NCBI RefSeq assembly: GCF_026571515.1
Contig: NW_026858667.1
Coordinates: forward strand, 1 to 64,000
Direction: 5' to 3'
DNA length: 64,000 bases
Source of the DNA: Ruditapes philippinarum
Lineage: Eukaryota
Made by a program: the position numbers and the translations under genes. This document shows, piece after piece, positions 11,879 through 23,539 of this stretch (position 1 is its first letter; each line of letters opens with the position of its first letter). The notes beneath the pieces were generated by a model that did no database searches, was not told the origin of the DNA, and saw only the letters and a program-made list of their open reading frames with translations.

Positions 11879-14345
11879 AACAAGAGCGATCAGTAATCAC
11901 ATGTGTCGCCTCATGATGGCCAATTTCATGTTGGGACAAATTTTGTGACAGACGGACAGACAGATGGACAGTGCAAAACTAGACTTGGTACTGATCATTC
12001 CTGTAAAGTTTGGATAAAATTGCACCAGAAGTTTATGAGGAGTAGTCCGGACAAGCTTTTGCATATCTGGCAACACACAGAAAAAAACACCTTTTTATCA
12101 AAGGGCCATAACTCGGCCAAAAATCATTCAACCAGAAAACCCATGCAATATGCGCAAGGACTTGAGCTACAGATCAATCCTGTACAGGTTCATTGAAATT
12201 GCATTAGTAGTATAAGAGAAGTAGTCCGGACAAACTTTAAAATTAACAAGAAGCGCCGCAATGCGACGAAAACCAGGTTTTCAACGACCAAGTTTTGATG
12301 TGACAGCAATCAATAGGTCAAAGTGCACTGAAGTTATTGAGTAGATACTGAAAATTCTATTGTAAGCAAATTTCCTTGACCTTGCTCCCAGATATCTAAG
12401 TGGCAATCGAAAGCTGCCACTCAGCAAGTTCGGTGTCAAAAGGTCAAAGCAAACTAAACTAACTGACATGAAAACTAAATACATTAACCTTGATCACAGA
12501 CACCTGGGTAGCAATCCCAAGCTGCCTCTTGATATAAGCTACCCATTCATCAAGTTTGGTGTCAATAGGCCAAAGCAAACTCAAGTTATTGAGCAGAAAC
12601 TGAATTTCTATTTTTAGTAACAGTGACCTTGACCTTGATCAAAGACACCAGGGTAGCAATCCCAAGATTCCTCTTGATATAAGCTATCCATACACCAAGT
12701 TAAATGTCAATAGGCCAAAACAGTCTCAAGTTATTGAGCAGAAACTGAATTTCTATTTTAGTAACAGTGACCTTGACCTAGATCACAGACACCTGGGTAG
12801 CAATCCCAAGCTGCCTCTTGATATAAGCTATCCTTACAACAAGTTTGGAGTCGATACACCAAAGCAAACTCAAGTTATTGAGCGGAAACTGAATTTCTAT
12901 TTTTAGTAACAGTGACCTTGACCTTGATCACAGACACCTTGGTAGCAATCCCAAGCTGCCTCTTGATATAACCTATCCATACACCAAGTTTAATGTCAAT
13001 AGGCCAAAGCAATCTCAAGTTATTGAGCGGAAACTGAATTTCTATTTTTAGTAACAGTGACCTTGACCTAGATCAACGGCATCTGGGTAGCAATCCCAAG
13101 CTGCCTCTTGATATAAGCTATCCAAACACCAAGTTTGGTGTGAATAGGCCAAAGCAAACTCAAGTAATTGAGCCGAAACTGAATTTCTATGTTAGTAACA
13201 GTGACCTTGACCTAGATCACAGACACCTGGGTAGCAATCCCAAGCTGCCTCTTGATATAAGCTATCCATACACTAAGTTTGGTGTCAATAGGCCAAAGAA
13301 AACTCAATTTATTACGCGGAAACTGAATTTGTATTTTTAGTAACAGTGACCTTGACCTAGATCACAGACACCTGGGTAGCAATCCCAAGCTGCCTCTTGA
13401 TATAAGCTATCCATACAACAAGTTTGGAGTCAATACGCCAAAGCAAACTCAAGTTATTGAGCGGAAACTGAATTTTTATTTTAAGTAACAGTGACCTTGA
13501 CCTTGATCACAGACACCTTGGTAGCAATCCCAAGCTGCCTCTTGATATAACCTATCCATACACCAAGTTTAATGTCAATAGGCCAAAGCAATCTCAAGTT
13601 ATTGAGCGGAAACTGAATTTCTATTTTTAGTAACAGTGACCTTGACCTAGATCACAGACATCTGGGTAGCAATCCCAAGCTGCCTCTTGATATAAGCTAT
13701 CCAAACACCAAGTTTGGTGTGAATAGGCCAAAGCAAACTCAAGTTATTGAGCGGAAACTTAATTTCTTTTTTTAGTAACAGTGACCTTGACCTAGATCAC
13801 AGACACCTGGGTAGCAATCCCAAGCTGCCTCTTGATATAAGCTATCCATACACCAAGTTTGGTGTCAATAGGCCAAAGAAAACTCAATTTATTGAGCGGA
13901 AACTGAATTTCTATTTTTAGTAACAGTGACCTTGACCTAGATCACAGACACCTGGATAGCAATCCCAAGCTGCCTCTTTATATAAGCTACCTACACACCA
14001 AGTTTGGTGTCAATAGGCCAAAGCAAACTAAAGTTATTGAGCGGAAACCAAAAGTTGACGCCCGCCCGCCCGCCGACTTCGGCATTACAATAACTCCGGT
14101 TTTCGTTGAAAACCTGGTTAAAAATTATTAAAGGGCCATAACTCTGACAAAAATCATTGAACCGGAAAATGCTGACAATATGCACAACTACACTTGGTAC
14201 TGATCATTCCTGTAAAGTTTGGATGAAATTGCACCAGTAGTTTATGAGGAGTAGTCAGGACAAGTTTTGTGACAGACAGACGGACAGACAGACGACGGAG
14301 AAGTGATCCCTATATGTCGCCACTTCTCCCTAGAGGCGACACAAA
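11879..14345 (-). mobile_element. HINE-like element C nested in A (contains D)
   Basis: AACAAGAGC start; subTIR TGTGTCGCCTC (11902) / GAGGCGACACA (14333); GACA/GACG microsatellite 14270-14298. Confidence 0.8.
12245..14122 (-). mobile_element. HINE-like element D nested in C, with ~11-12 x 145-bp tandem repeats
   Basis: subTIR AACCAGGTTTTCAACGA (12271) / TCGTTGAAAACCTGGTT (14103); CGCC microsatellite 14059-14074; unit GTAGCAATCCCAAGCTGCCTCTTGATATAAG recurs every ~145 bp from 12.5 to 14.0 kb. Confidence 0.9.
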
Positions 14346-14712
14346 AATTCAACTTGCCGTTCTAAGTTAACCTCATACGGACAGACGGATGGTTCAATCA
14401 CTATAGGCCCGGGGGCATAAAAAGAAGATTTAAATTTATTTTATCATACAAGTCATAAAAAGTAAGAGACCCCCAGGGCCTTGGGTATGTTAGGCCCCAG
14501 GGGCATAATTTATATACATATTATATAGACTCCCAACATGATTGTACAAACTAAATATTTAAGATCTGCGTAATGTACTTTCAGAGAGGCGGCTTTAAGA
14601 CATTTATACCATACAAGTCTTTGTAAACTAAGTGACCCTTAGGGCACGGTCATTTTTGACTCTATGCATATAACTTTTATATCTTGAAGAGGTCCACTTG
14701 GCAATGAGACAT

Positions 14713-14922
14713 TGTTTGTTTGTGTCATTTTACGCCTTTTTCAACAGTATTTCAGTCATATAGGCGGGTAGTTTCCTAACCATCATTCCTGGAGAGTTAC
14801 ACCAGTACTAGACTACCAACCTCCGCGCTAAACTACCTAAGCATCTCCCGGGGGTCGAACCCACGCCAGAGAAGTAACTGGATTAGAAGTCATCGACTCT
14901 AACCCCTAGACCACGGAGGCTG
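14713..14922 (-). mobile_element. tRNA-derived SINE with 15-bp TSD
   Basis: TSD TTGGCAATGAGACAT at 14698-14712 and 14923-14937. The minus strand begins GCCTCCGTGGTCTAGGGGTTAG (A-box-like) ... GGTTCGACCC (B-box) and ends in an (AAAC)n tail. Confidence 0.85.
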
Positions 14923-16188
14923 TTGGCAATGAGACATGCCAAATATCTACGTTATTGACATTGTATACAAGTCTAGGTACATTAAGTGATCCCATGCGCA
15001 GGACCAATATAAACCCCTAATGCATGAATTATATTATTTTTGTGCAGGTTAGCTTGATCATGCTACATACCAGATTATATAATTTTATTTTTTATGACCT
15101 TATTCATCAGACTGGAACCATTTATATAAATTGTGTTGGTTGAGGACTACCTATGGATCATTCCTGTGAAGTTTGGTCATAAATCCAAAACTGGTTTATG
15201 AGGAGATCAGGACCGGGTTGTTCAAAACATTGGTTAAAATTAACCAATGGATAGCTTATCCACTGGCTAAATCCTTAACCAGCGGCCAGCTATCCTGGTG
15301 ATAAAATGTCATTGTTCGACAGTTGGATAGTACACTGGCTACCTAACCAGTGGATAGAGTATTTATTCACTGGTTAAGTACCACAATGCAACAGGGTTGG
15401 TTAGTGATTCCGGAAACAAAATGGCCGATTTTTTGTTAAATAATAAATTTATTATGATCAAAAAGCTCCCAAAAATAATTTTGCATGTTTTGTGCTTTTT
15501 TGTTTTTGGAATTAAACAAAAAGTATATCAGAGGCCTTAAAGTATTGATAGATTTACACACATAAGAAAAAATTCAAAAACAACTTTTTTTTCAAATTTT
15601 GAGTTGAAATTACTTCCATTAGATGAGTAATGTTCTAACACTGACACTTGTATGTTTTATTAAAGAATAAAAAAGTTATGACTGTTTAACTGAATTTTCT
15701 AAACTACAACAACAACAAATTTAGATTGAAAAAGGGTTCTAGAAGCACATTTTCAGAAATGCTTCAATTTAATCCTATGCATTTTATATGAAATTTTCTA
15801 GTTAAGAAAAATAAACATATATTTGCAACAAACTTTTTTTTTAAACAAGTTTTAATGATTTTTACTGTTTAATGATGATGACTAACCACTGGTTAATGGT
15901 ATTATCCGGTGGTCATAGGACTGGCTTAAGTTAACCGCTGGATAACGCATTTTATCCGTTGGATAAGTTTTGAGCAACAGAATTTATCCAATAGACAAAT
16001 TTAACCAGCTGCAGCCAATTGTATAAACAATTTAACCGCGCGGTTACCACACGGTTACGGTAACCAGCCCGGTAACCTCGCGGTAAGCGATTGTATAAAA
16101 AACATCAAAAGCAGTTACCGCGCTATAACCGCGGTTAAATTTAACCCAGGTAAAGTAGCTCGGTAACTGCACGGTAACCAAAACCAAC

Positions 16189-19087
16189 ATGGCGGACATT
16201 TTACGCGTTTCACACCGACGACCCCGGCAATTTCGACGAGTTGATCGACAATTGACTGACTTTACGGACGAGGAATTGCGGAAACGGTATAGGTTTTCTG
16301 CTGACAATATTGACAGACTAGTCAGACTTATTGGACCACTTTTGGTGCGACAAACCCGTCGGAATCAAGCCCTTACACCCCGACAACAGATTTTGATTAC
16401 CTTGAGGTTTCTTGCCACGGGTAATTTCATGCAGGTTATTGGTGACACCTTTGGTGTGGACATTGCTACAGTTTCCAGAGTTATCTCAAAAGTGACTGAC
16501 ATACTTTTCGGACTGAAAGACCAGGTAATAAAGTTTCCAATGACCGACACTGACCGACGAAAAGTCATGAATGGGTTTTACGCAATACGCGGATTTCCCT
16601 CAGTGATTGGATGCATAGATGGAACTCACGTAAAACTGATATCCCCAGGACAACCAGATGAAGCAGCATATGTGAACAGGAAACATCAGCATAGTATAAA
16701 TGTACAGGCAACTTGTGATCATAAAGGTACATACACATATACACATTACAGTAAACAACTTGATTTCCAATTCAGATTTTGTTGACTTATAATATCTACT
16801 GCAGTAAACAATATATAATAGACTAAGATAGTTCAAGACCTTTGTTTCTTTATAAATAAATCTTACCTGTACTTTTCTATAGTGAAGTCATTGTCATTTA
16901 AACTCATTTTCACTATTTCCTCACTTTACAAATTTTCTTAGACTCTCTACTGTAGACCTAAAGTTGACATGATACGATGATACTGTACACAATGTCACTC
17001 CCGAGTCCTGTATTTTCTATAATCTATATTCAGTATAGTCTAAATTAATTTCTCAATCTAGAAGTCACAGCACAACTAGAAACCCTACTGTAACGACACA
17101 TGTAAATTTAATTACTTTCACTTCCTCTTTTACCAGAATAATGATTTTTTCCTGGTAAAGATGACATCACATATTTGATGACATCATTAAGTGTCAAGGT
17201 AAAAGTATTGTATGGAAAGCAATTACTGTCATGTTCAGCACACACTCATTGGTTAGCGATGTAATAGTACTACAGTACAGTACTGCTGTACAATCAGCAC
17301 TTGGTTTTCGCAAAACTTATTTTGCAACCTTTAAATGTTGTTTTTTTTTATATTAGACTCTACATATAAAGTACAGTACCCAGTATAGTACAGTATAGTT
17401 TTTAATGCGAGCAGTTCCCGTACAAAAATCGAAGTGACTTAAATATTATTTTTTATTACGCTCACTCACCAAAAAATTAAATGTTACACATCAAAATTAG
17501 GCTCGTCATACAAATTATGGAAATTCCATTATGTTCTAAACATAGAATAACCCTTAGTTATGAGGCCTCATATGGGGTACCGTAATTATCCATTATTTTG
17601 TAAGAAGAGAAGTAGTTCCCATACATGTAATATAACCCATTATAATTCTAATATGTTGTTATATCGGACCTATTTTTCATTTATAATTGTTGAAGAGACC
17701 ATTTCCCAGAGTAATGTAGGTGTTATTCAGGATATAGGGCGTAGACTAAACGCTAGTATAGATCTATTACCCGGTACCATTCTCCTAACGCATTCACATG
17801 CATTGCATGATAAATTTACTCAGTAAAGCCATAAAATTATTAGAAATAGCTCGTGAGTGAAAGGTTTGAGAAAAGGCTGGTACATGTATTATCTATTCAA
17901 TTATTATCTTTAAAGAAAATACATCTTATTGAAATTTGATAATGATATTAACGTTATTTCCATCATAATTGATTGATTCGAAATTTATTGTATCATTTAA
18001 CAGGGAAGTTTACAAGCCTAAATGCGTGCTGGCCAGGAAGTTGCCATGACAGCCACGTCTTCAGAATGTCAAGTATTGGCAGACACTTGCAAAGTCACAA
18101 CCAAGGTACTTTTTATAATGTTGATAAATAATGAGTTATATGGTTATCAATGTATTTATTAATTAGAATGAAGCGATTTGGTAACGTTATTTAAATATGT
18201 ATTATATCTAAGGCAATAAAAATTATATTTCTAAAAAATAACTTATTAAAGCGATTTACTACCAAATCATCGTTTTTCTCTATTCTGTAGTATAAACATC
18301 AACAGAGAGTATAGGATAACTTACAATTTATTAATTTCAGACCCACAAAATGGATACCTTTTAGGAGACAGTGGATACCCGTGCCGACCATTTCTTATCA
18401 CACCCTTTTTACAGCCAAGTACGTACACATACACATTTAAATATAAACTTAGTGGTAGCATATTGTTTTAAAAATTCGATCTTTTCATAATTTCTGTTGA
18501 CATTTTGAGACTGGTGATCAAGAACAAACCATTCATTTTGTAGGAAACGAGAATGAAGAGCGATTTAACAAGGCACACATTTCGACACGCAATGTAGTAG
18601 AGAGAGTGTTCGGAGTTTGGAAGAGAACCTTTCATATCTTACATGGTGAAGTATGTCATATTTAATACACTTTTTCCAGTTGTATTTCAAAAAGTTCATG
18701 TCCTTAATAATTCTCTTATTGAGAAAATTGTCAATGACAAATACATTTGTAATGACATGTACATGTCCTTCTGTTTTACATTACATAATGAACATTCAAA
18801 CCGCGCGATAAATTTTATTTTTATTTGCCGTGTTGTACGTTCTAAAAGGTTTTGACGCTTACATTTAAAATAAAATTGACACATTTTTTCGATTATAGAT
18901 ACGCATGAAACCACATAGAGTCACACGAATTATTGTAGCCTGCGCTGTTCTGCACAATTTAAGATTACAGTGGGGTGAGCCTCAAGAGGGCAGTGACTCT
19001 GACCAGGACCAACCTCCAACAGAGATATTTCAGGGGACTATGGATGGCAAAGGAGTGAGGCAGCACATTGTTCAGACATATTTCTAG
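16189..19087 (+). CDS. Harbinger (HARBI1-like, DDE_Tnp_4) transposase, 5 exons, 337 aa, open frame intact
   Basis: Exons 16189-16726, 18004-18105, 18341-18418, 18544-18650, 18899-19087, all GT-AG and phase-matched (1014 nt). Motifs [61 protein letters not shown]; D-D-E triad present. Confidence 0.92.
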
Positions 19088-19267
19088 GATAAAATATAGT
19101 TAGTATATAAGAACATGTTTTTAGGCAAATACAATCTATTTTTCGAATTTCAAGTTTAACAAATTTTATACTCCAAATACAATATTTCATTTAAAACATC
19201 AAAATTTTAACAAGTTCTGTCCTCAGAACAAAGCACCAAAGCATATATTTAAATAGTTTCGTTTATA

Positions 19268-22200
19268 TTAATCAATTTTATATTTCTCTATCAAAACATC
19301 AGCCAGCTGTGCAAATTTATTGTAACATTTCATTTGTGTCTCGGAGAGCTGGATCTGCCTCTCATAAAATGTCATCTGTAGATCCTTCAGTGTTCTGTAA
19401 TATATAACAGAAATTTTGGCGTACATAACATATTTATATAAATGATCAGCATTATTTTTTGTCCAATCACATTGTAGTATTTTTCAAATTTCTGCTAAGT
19501 CTAACTTTGGTTTATGTGTACTAACTAAATCAAATTTACTTAATCTGCCGTCTAACCTGAGTCTAACAATTTTCAATAATGCATTATATTAGGGAGGAGT
19601 TAGAGGTGTGATTTGCACTCTGAATTGTAAAATATCTGGGTTAGCAAACAATGCCAACGTAAAAAACAATTGGGCGAGGTCAGGTGTTTCTAAATGTGAG
19701 GATACAATCAATTAATATATTACATAGATAATACATGTGGGGCATGCAGAGACAAATGTTTTTTTTATATCCTTTTAACTCTATGAAAAGTGCCTGTTAT
19801 AAATTGCTGACTGTTTTAAACTTCTTTTTTTCTAGAAAAAGTAACCAAAACATAATTTTCTTTCAATTGATAGGAATGAACTGCATTAACAATCCTTGAT
19901 ATTAAGAATACAATGATTATAAATACATTTTTTGACTGGAAAACTCATGGTAAATGAACAGCCTCCACCTGTAAACCTAGATTGGCACACAAAAAAGCTG
20001 TTTTTCAAATGAGCAAATCAATTGGGATTTTAAATGTTAGTGAATAACTTAAAGCTAATAATGAATTTGTATAAATTATTAATCTAATGCACTTTTTCAC
20101 ATTTTCCATTTATTTATAAAGGATGTACACATTTCGTTAACTCCATTGATTTTACCTAATTGCATCATTTTCCTCGCTGTTTTTTTTTCAGCATGATAGT
20201 CTAACTGTAGATTAAAGTATAAATTCTGTGACATTTCAGTAAAAAATATGCCTGATTATTTGTTAATAGGGCCATTCATTTAGCTTATCTAAATGTGATA
20301 TGTTAGAAACTTAACAAGGTGTAGACATCTTGTAGAGCGAAAGGGCGGAGCTATCGGTGATTTAATGAAATGCCTTTTTTTTGGTTGAAAAAAAAATGTT
20401 GATCATTAAATAGGTTAATGTTTAAAAATATGCATTAACAAAAATAATTGGTCGCCTGCCTGCGGCAGGCTTGACCAATTATTTTTGTTAATACATATTA
20501 TTAAACACTAACCTATACTTAAGTTTTGTTCTTTTGCGACTAAGTCTGCACGTTCGATATCTTATTTTATTCATTCTATTATGTTACATCTATCATATCC
20601 TATCACAAAGCCATATAACGATTTGACAGATTATCTATCATTAAATTTTGATCTCTCTAGTTTAAAAAGTTCTTAAAAAAGATCAAAAACATATTTCTTC
20701 CAGGCTTACAGATGATGAGAACCGGAGCTGGGTGTGACGGACGTATTTTTTAAATTTTGTGAAATGAATTTTAAATATATTAAAAATATGTTTTAACCTT
20801 TTCTGGTGAGTTTTGTTTTTATGCTGCCTCTTTTCATCCGACGTAACTGCAAATAAATTTTACACTTTATTAGATTAATAAAATTATTGTGAAATATCGC
20901 CATATATATCCCACTTTGAATGTAGGAGAGATAAATTTGATTAACTGACTAGATTGGGATTTTTTCTTCCTTTTTTAACGGTTAACCCGTAATAAAATCA
21001 CACAAAACTGAAAATTAGGACAAAAGTTATGACGTTCCAGCTTTACTGGTGAAGGAAGACGACAAATGTTCCTTCATGCATTATTTCACGCACGGGCGAC
21101 TACTTGAGTATTACAACCGACCTTCCATGAATCTCAAAATTTATAAAATCAAACTAAGATCCACAAGCTTTAGTATGGTAGCAGATAGATGTAATTGTAT
21201 ATGATATACTGTACATCTAAGCTTTATTGAATTTGGTAGATGTGATAATAAAGATTTATAAGGAAAACAAAATTAAAAAATAATCACATGAAGCAGTTTG
21301 GCTTGGAGCATTTGTTGCAGACTCCTCTGGATAACTTGCTCTTTGCTGTGTGAAAGTTTCGTCTGCTGTCACCGACATGGATGGCATGTTCATGTTATCT
21401 TGAACATCTGCAATATTTCATTTGTAAAAGTCATGCAAAAAGAAACATTTTTGAATATTGAATATTTTTATGAAAAATATAATATCTGAGTATGGGTCAT
21501 GAAAATTGATTTATATGGATTAAGAAGACTAAGAAGACTATTCACAACTTAAATGTCATATCTAATAAAATGTATGATACACCTTCCTACAAAAGTACCA
21601 ATATTACAGAATTTTACAAGAAAAATAAATCGTATCTGTTTACAGTAATATTGGAAATTGTCGTAGTTGGGGCTAGTTCTTCCTTTAAAGACGGATGTAG
21701 CCTTCCATAGCTCACCGAAACAGGTCAACGGGTGAGTTTATTTGTGAATAGAGTTAGGTAAGGCAGGAATGTGTTAAATCGTTTAAATGGTTGGTGCACA
21801 CGTTTACTGTGTTTAATAATTGAATAATATCTGTAAAAACTATTTGTTTATTTAATTCTTATAGCATATACAAGTTCAAAAATGTTGAAAATGAAATAAA
21901 TTAATTACTTTACTGTATTACACATTTGTAAAAACCGCCCACTAAGATAAAGTGTTCTATTCTGTGAATAGTGTGTAAACCGGTAAAATTTTAAACCAGT
22001 ACTGTATGCATGTGTTAACATATTGGAATGTAATATTAATTATTTATTTATCATAAATTTAGTGACTTGAATAAAATGAACGTTATTGAGGATAATAAGT
22101 GCATAATTTAGGAAATGGATAGTGAAATTTATTTCGGAGCTTATTAAATTATGTAAAGGAAATCAGAAGATCCAGACACCTTGTGTTAACGTCTCAAGCG

Positions 22201-23539
22201 GGCACAAGCTTAGAAGGCCACTGCTTAGAAGATTGTCATCAACAATGTCATAAGTTGAATCATTAAAGTCTGAAAAAAACAATAACACACATTTCATAAG
22301 ATGGAAACGCTATATATGCATATGACTTACTTTGGAGTGTTTTAATATAATTTATAGACCTTTAGGTCAGGAGAATGAAATTGGAAATACAACATGTAAC
22401 GAATAGTCAGTAGATTTACTGTAAATAAATTAGACCTGACAGTGTACGTACTTATTGTCAAAACATGTCAGTCAGGATTGATGAAGTAATTCAGGTATGT
22501 ACTTTTTGATATTTACTGTAATATACTAAAAGTTTTTTTATAATTATTTTACACATATTCGATTAGATATTTACCTTTGTTTGTGATGACGGTGTCGGCA
22601 TCAGAACATACACCATGGAATGATGCTGAGGTCTGGAACAGGCTTGCCACAGACTGAGATTGCTGCGACATCTCAGGTCTTGCCGGTCCACCTCCCGTTT
22701 TCCTCATACTGCACTTCTCTGCAGAAACTTCACTCTTAGCGCACAGACGCTTGGGGGTCAGATCCTGCCCCCCCCCCCCCCAACGTGATACGCCCCTGTT
22801 AACACTCTACCAAAACTATTTTAATGTTTAAACACGAATTGTAATAAAGTACTTTATTGAGACTTGATGGTATACGGTATTTTTTTCATATACGTTAAAA
22901 TTGTTTGAAAACCATTTTTATCGTTGTAACAGATGTACAATTCGTGTTTAAATATTAAAATAGTTTTGGTAGAGTGTTAACAGGGGCGTATCACGTGGGG
23001 GGGGGGGGCAGGATCTGACCCCCAAGCGTCTGTGTCTTAGCGTTCTTAACCTGATTGTGAACAAAACATATTTTTCATATGTGACGTGAAATACATATTG
23101 TTTGTATATCTATTACCTAAAATCTATAATATAAATAGGTAGATCTCTACATATCATTCATGTCATTGTCACCATATTGAATGATTTAGACAAATAAATC
23201 AACAAGATAGCTTTTAAAACCTTTGAATATTTTAAAACAAATTGATTAAAAAATACATCACAACCGGTTGCTTATATGTGATACACGGAAAACTTGAAAA
23301 CAAACCATATTCCTCCACTTTTCTTTAACTTGTTTGCTCGTTCGGGGGCCGTTCCCGCAAGCATTAACCTCTTCCGTAAGCCTATCCCAGACCTTAGACA
23401 CCTTTTGGGAAGCCCCAGGCCCTCCCTGTGCATGGCTGGCTTTCAACGTATGTAAATTGATTTTCATAAATTCTGTTATCACATCCGTTTCACGGAGATT
23501 GAACATTCTTGCTCTATTTATTTTTGTGGTGGACGCCAT
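19268..23539 (-). pseudogene. Harbinger Myb/SANT-like DNA-binding protein gene, exon 2 interrupted by a MITE
   Basis: Exons 23539-23306 (F...E, WDRLTEEVN, RTSKQVKEKWRNM), 23050-22575 (VKNAK|SEVSAEKCSMRKTGGGP once the MITE is removed), 22269-22180, ~21407-21288, 20847-20799 and 19394-19268 (helical C-terminus, TAA). Phases match along this path; the middle exons are less certain. Confidence 0.8.
22742..23034. mobile_element. 293-bp foldback MITE with 8-bp TSD (P- or hAT-type)
   Basis: TSD TCTTAGCG at 22734-22741 and 23035-23042; ~100-bp near-perfect TIRs starting CACAGACGCTTGGGGGTCAGATCCTGCCCC. Confidence 0.92.

Larger units (their letters stand above)
9200..14422 (-). mobile_element. HINE-like element A (contains B, C and D)
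   Basis: AACAAG plus hairpin GTGTTTGTTAAACAC; subTIR ATGCCCCCGG (9226) / CCGGGGGCAT (14409); internal repeats AAAGGCTGTATGGGCAAAAGTGTAAAAATCTATTTTTAGCAC; GACGG microsatellite at 14377. Confidence 0.8.

Noticed and set aside
12490-14050. Regular repeats as a CRISPR-like array
   Set aside because: Whole ~145-bp units repeat with no unique spacers, in a eukaryotic context with no cas genes.
16189-19087. Domesticated host HARBI1 gene
   Set aside because: It lies within TIRs and subterminal repeats with a convergent Myb partner, nested in other transposons, so no gene symbol is given.
21716-21830. Extra exon of the Myb gene
   Set aside because: It has AG/GT boundaries but an in-frame TAA in the required phase; the flanking exons join without it.
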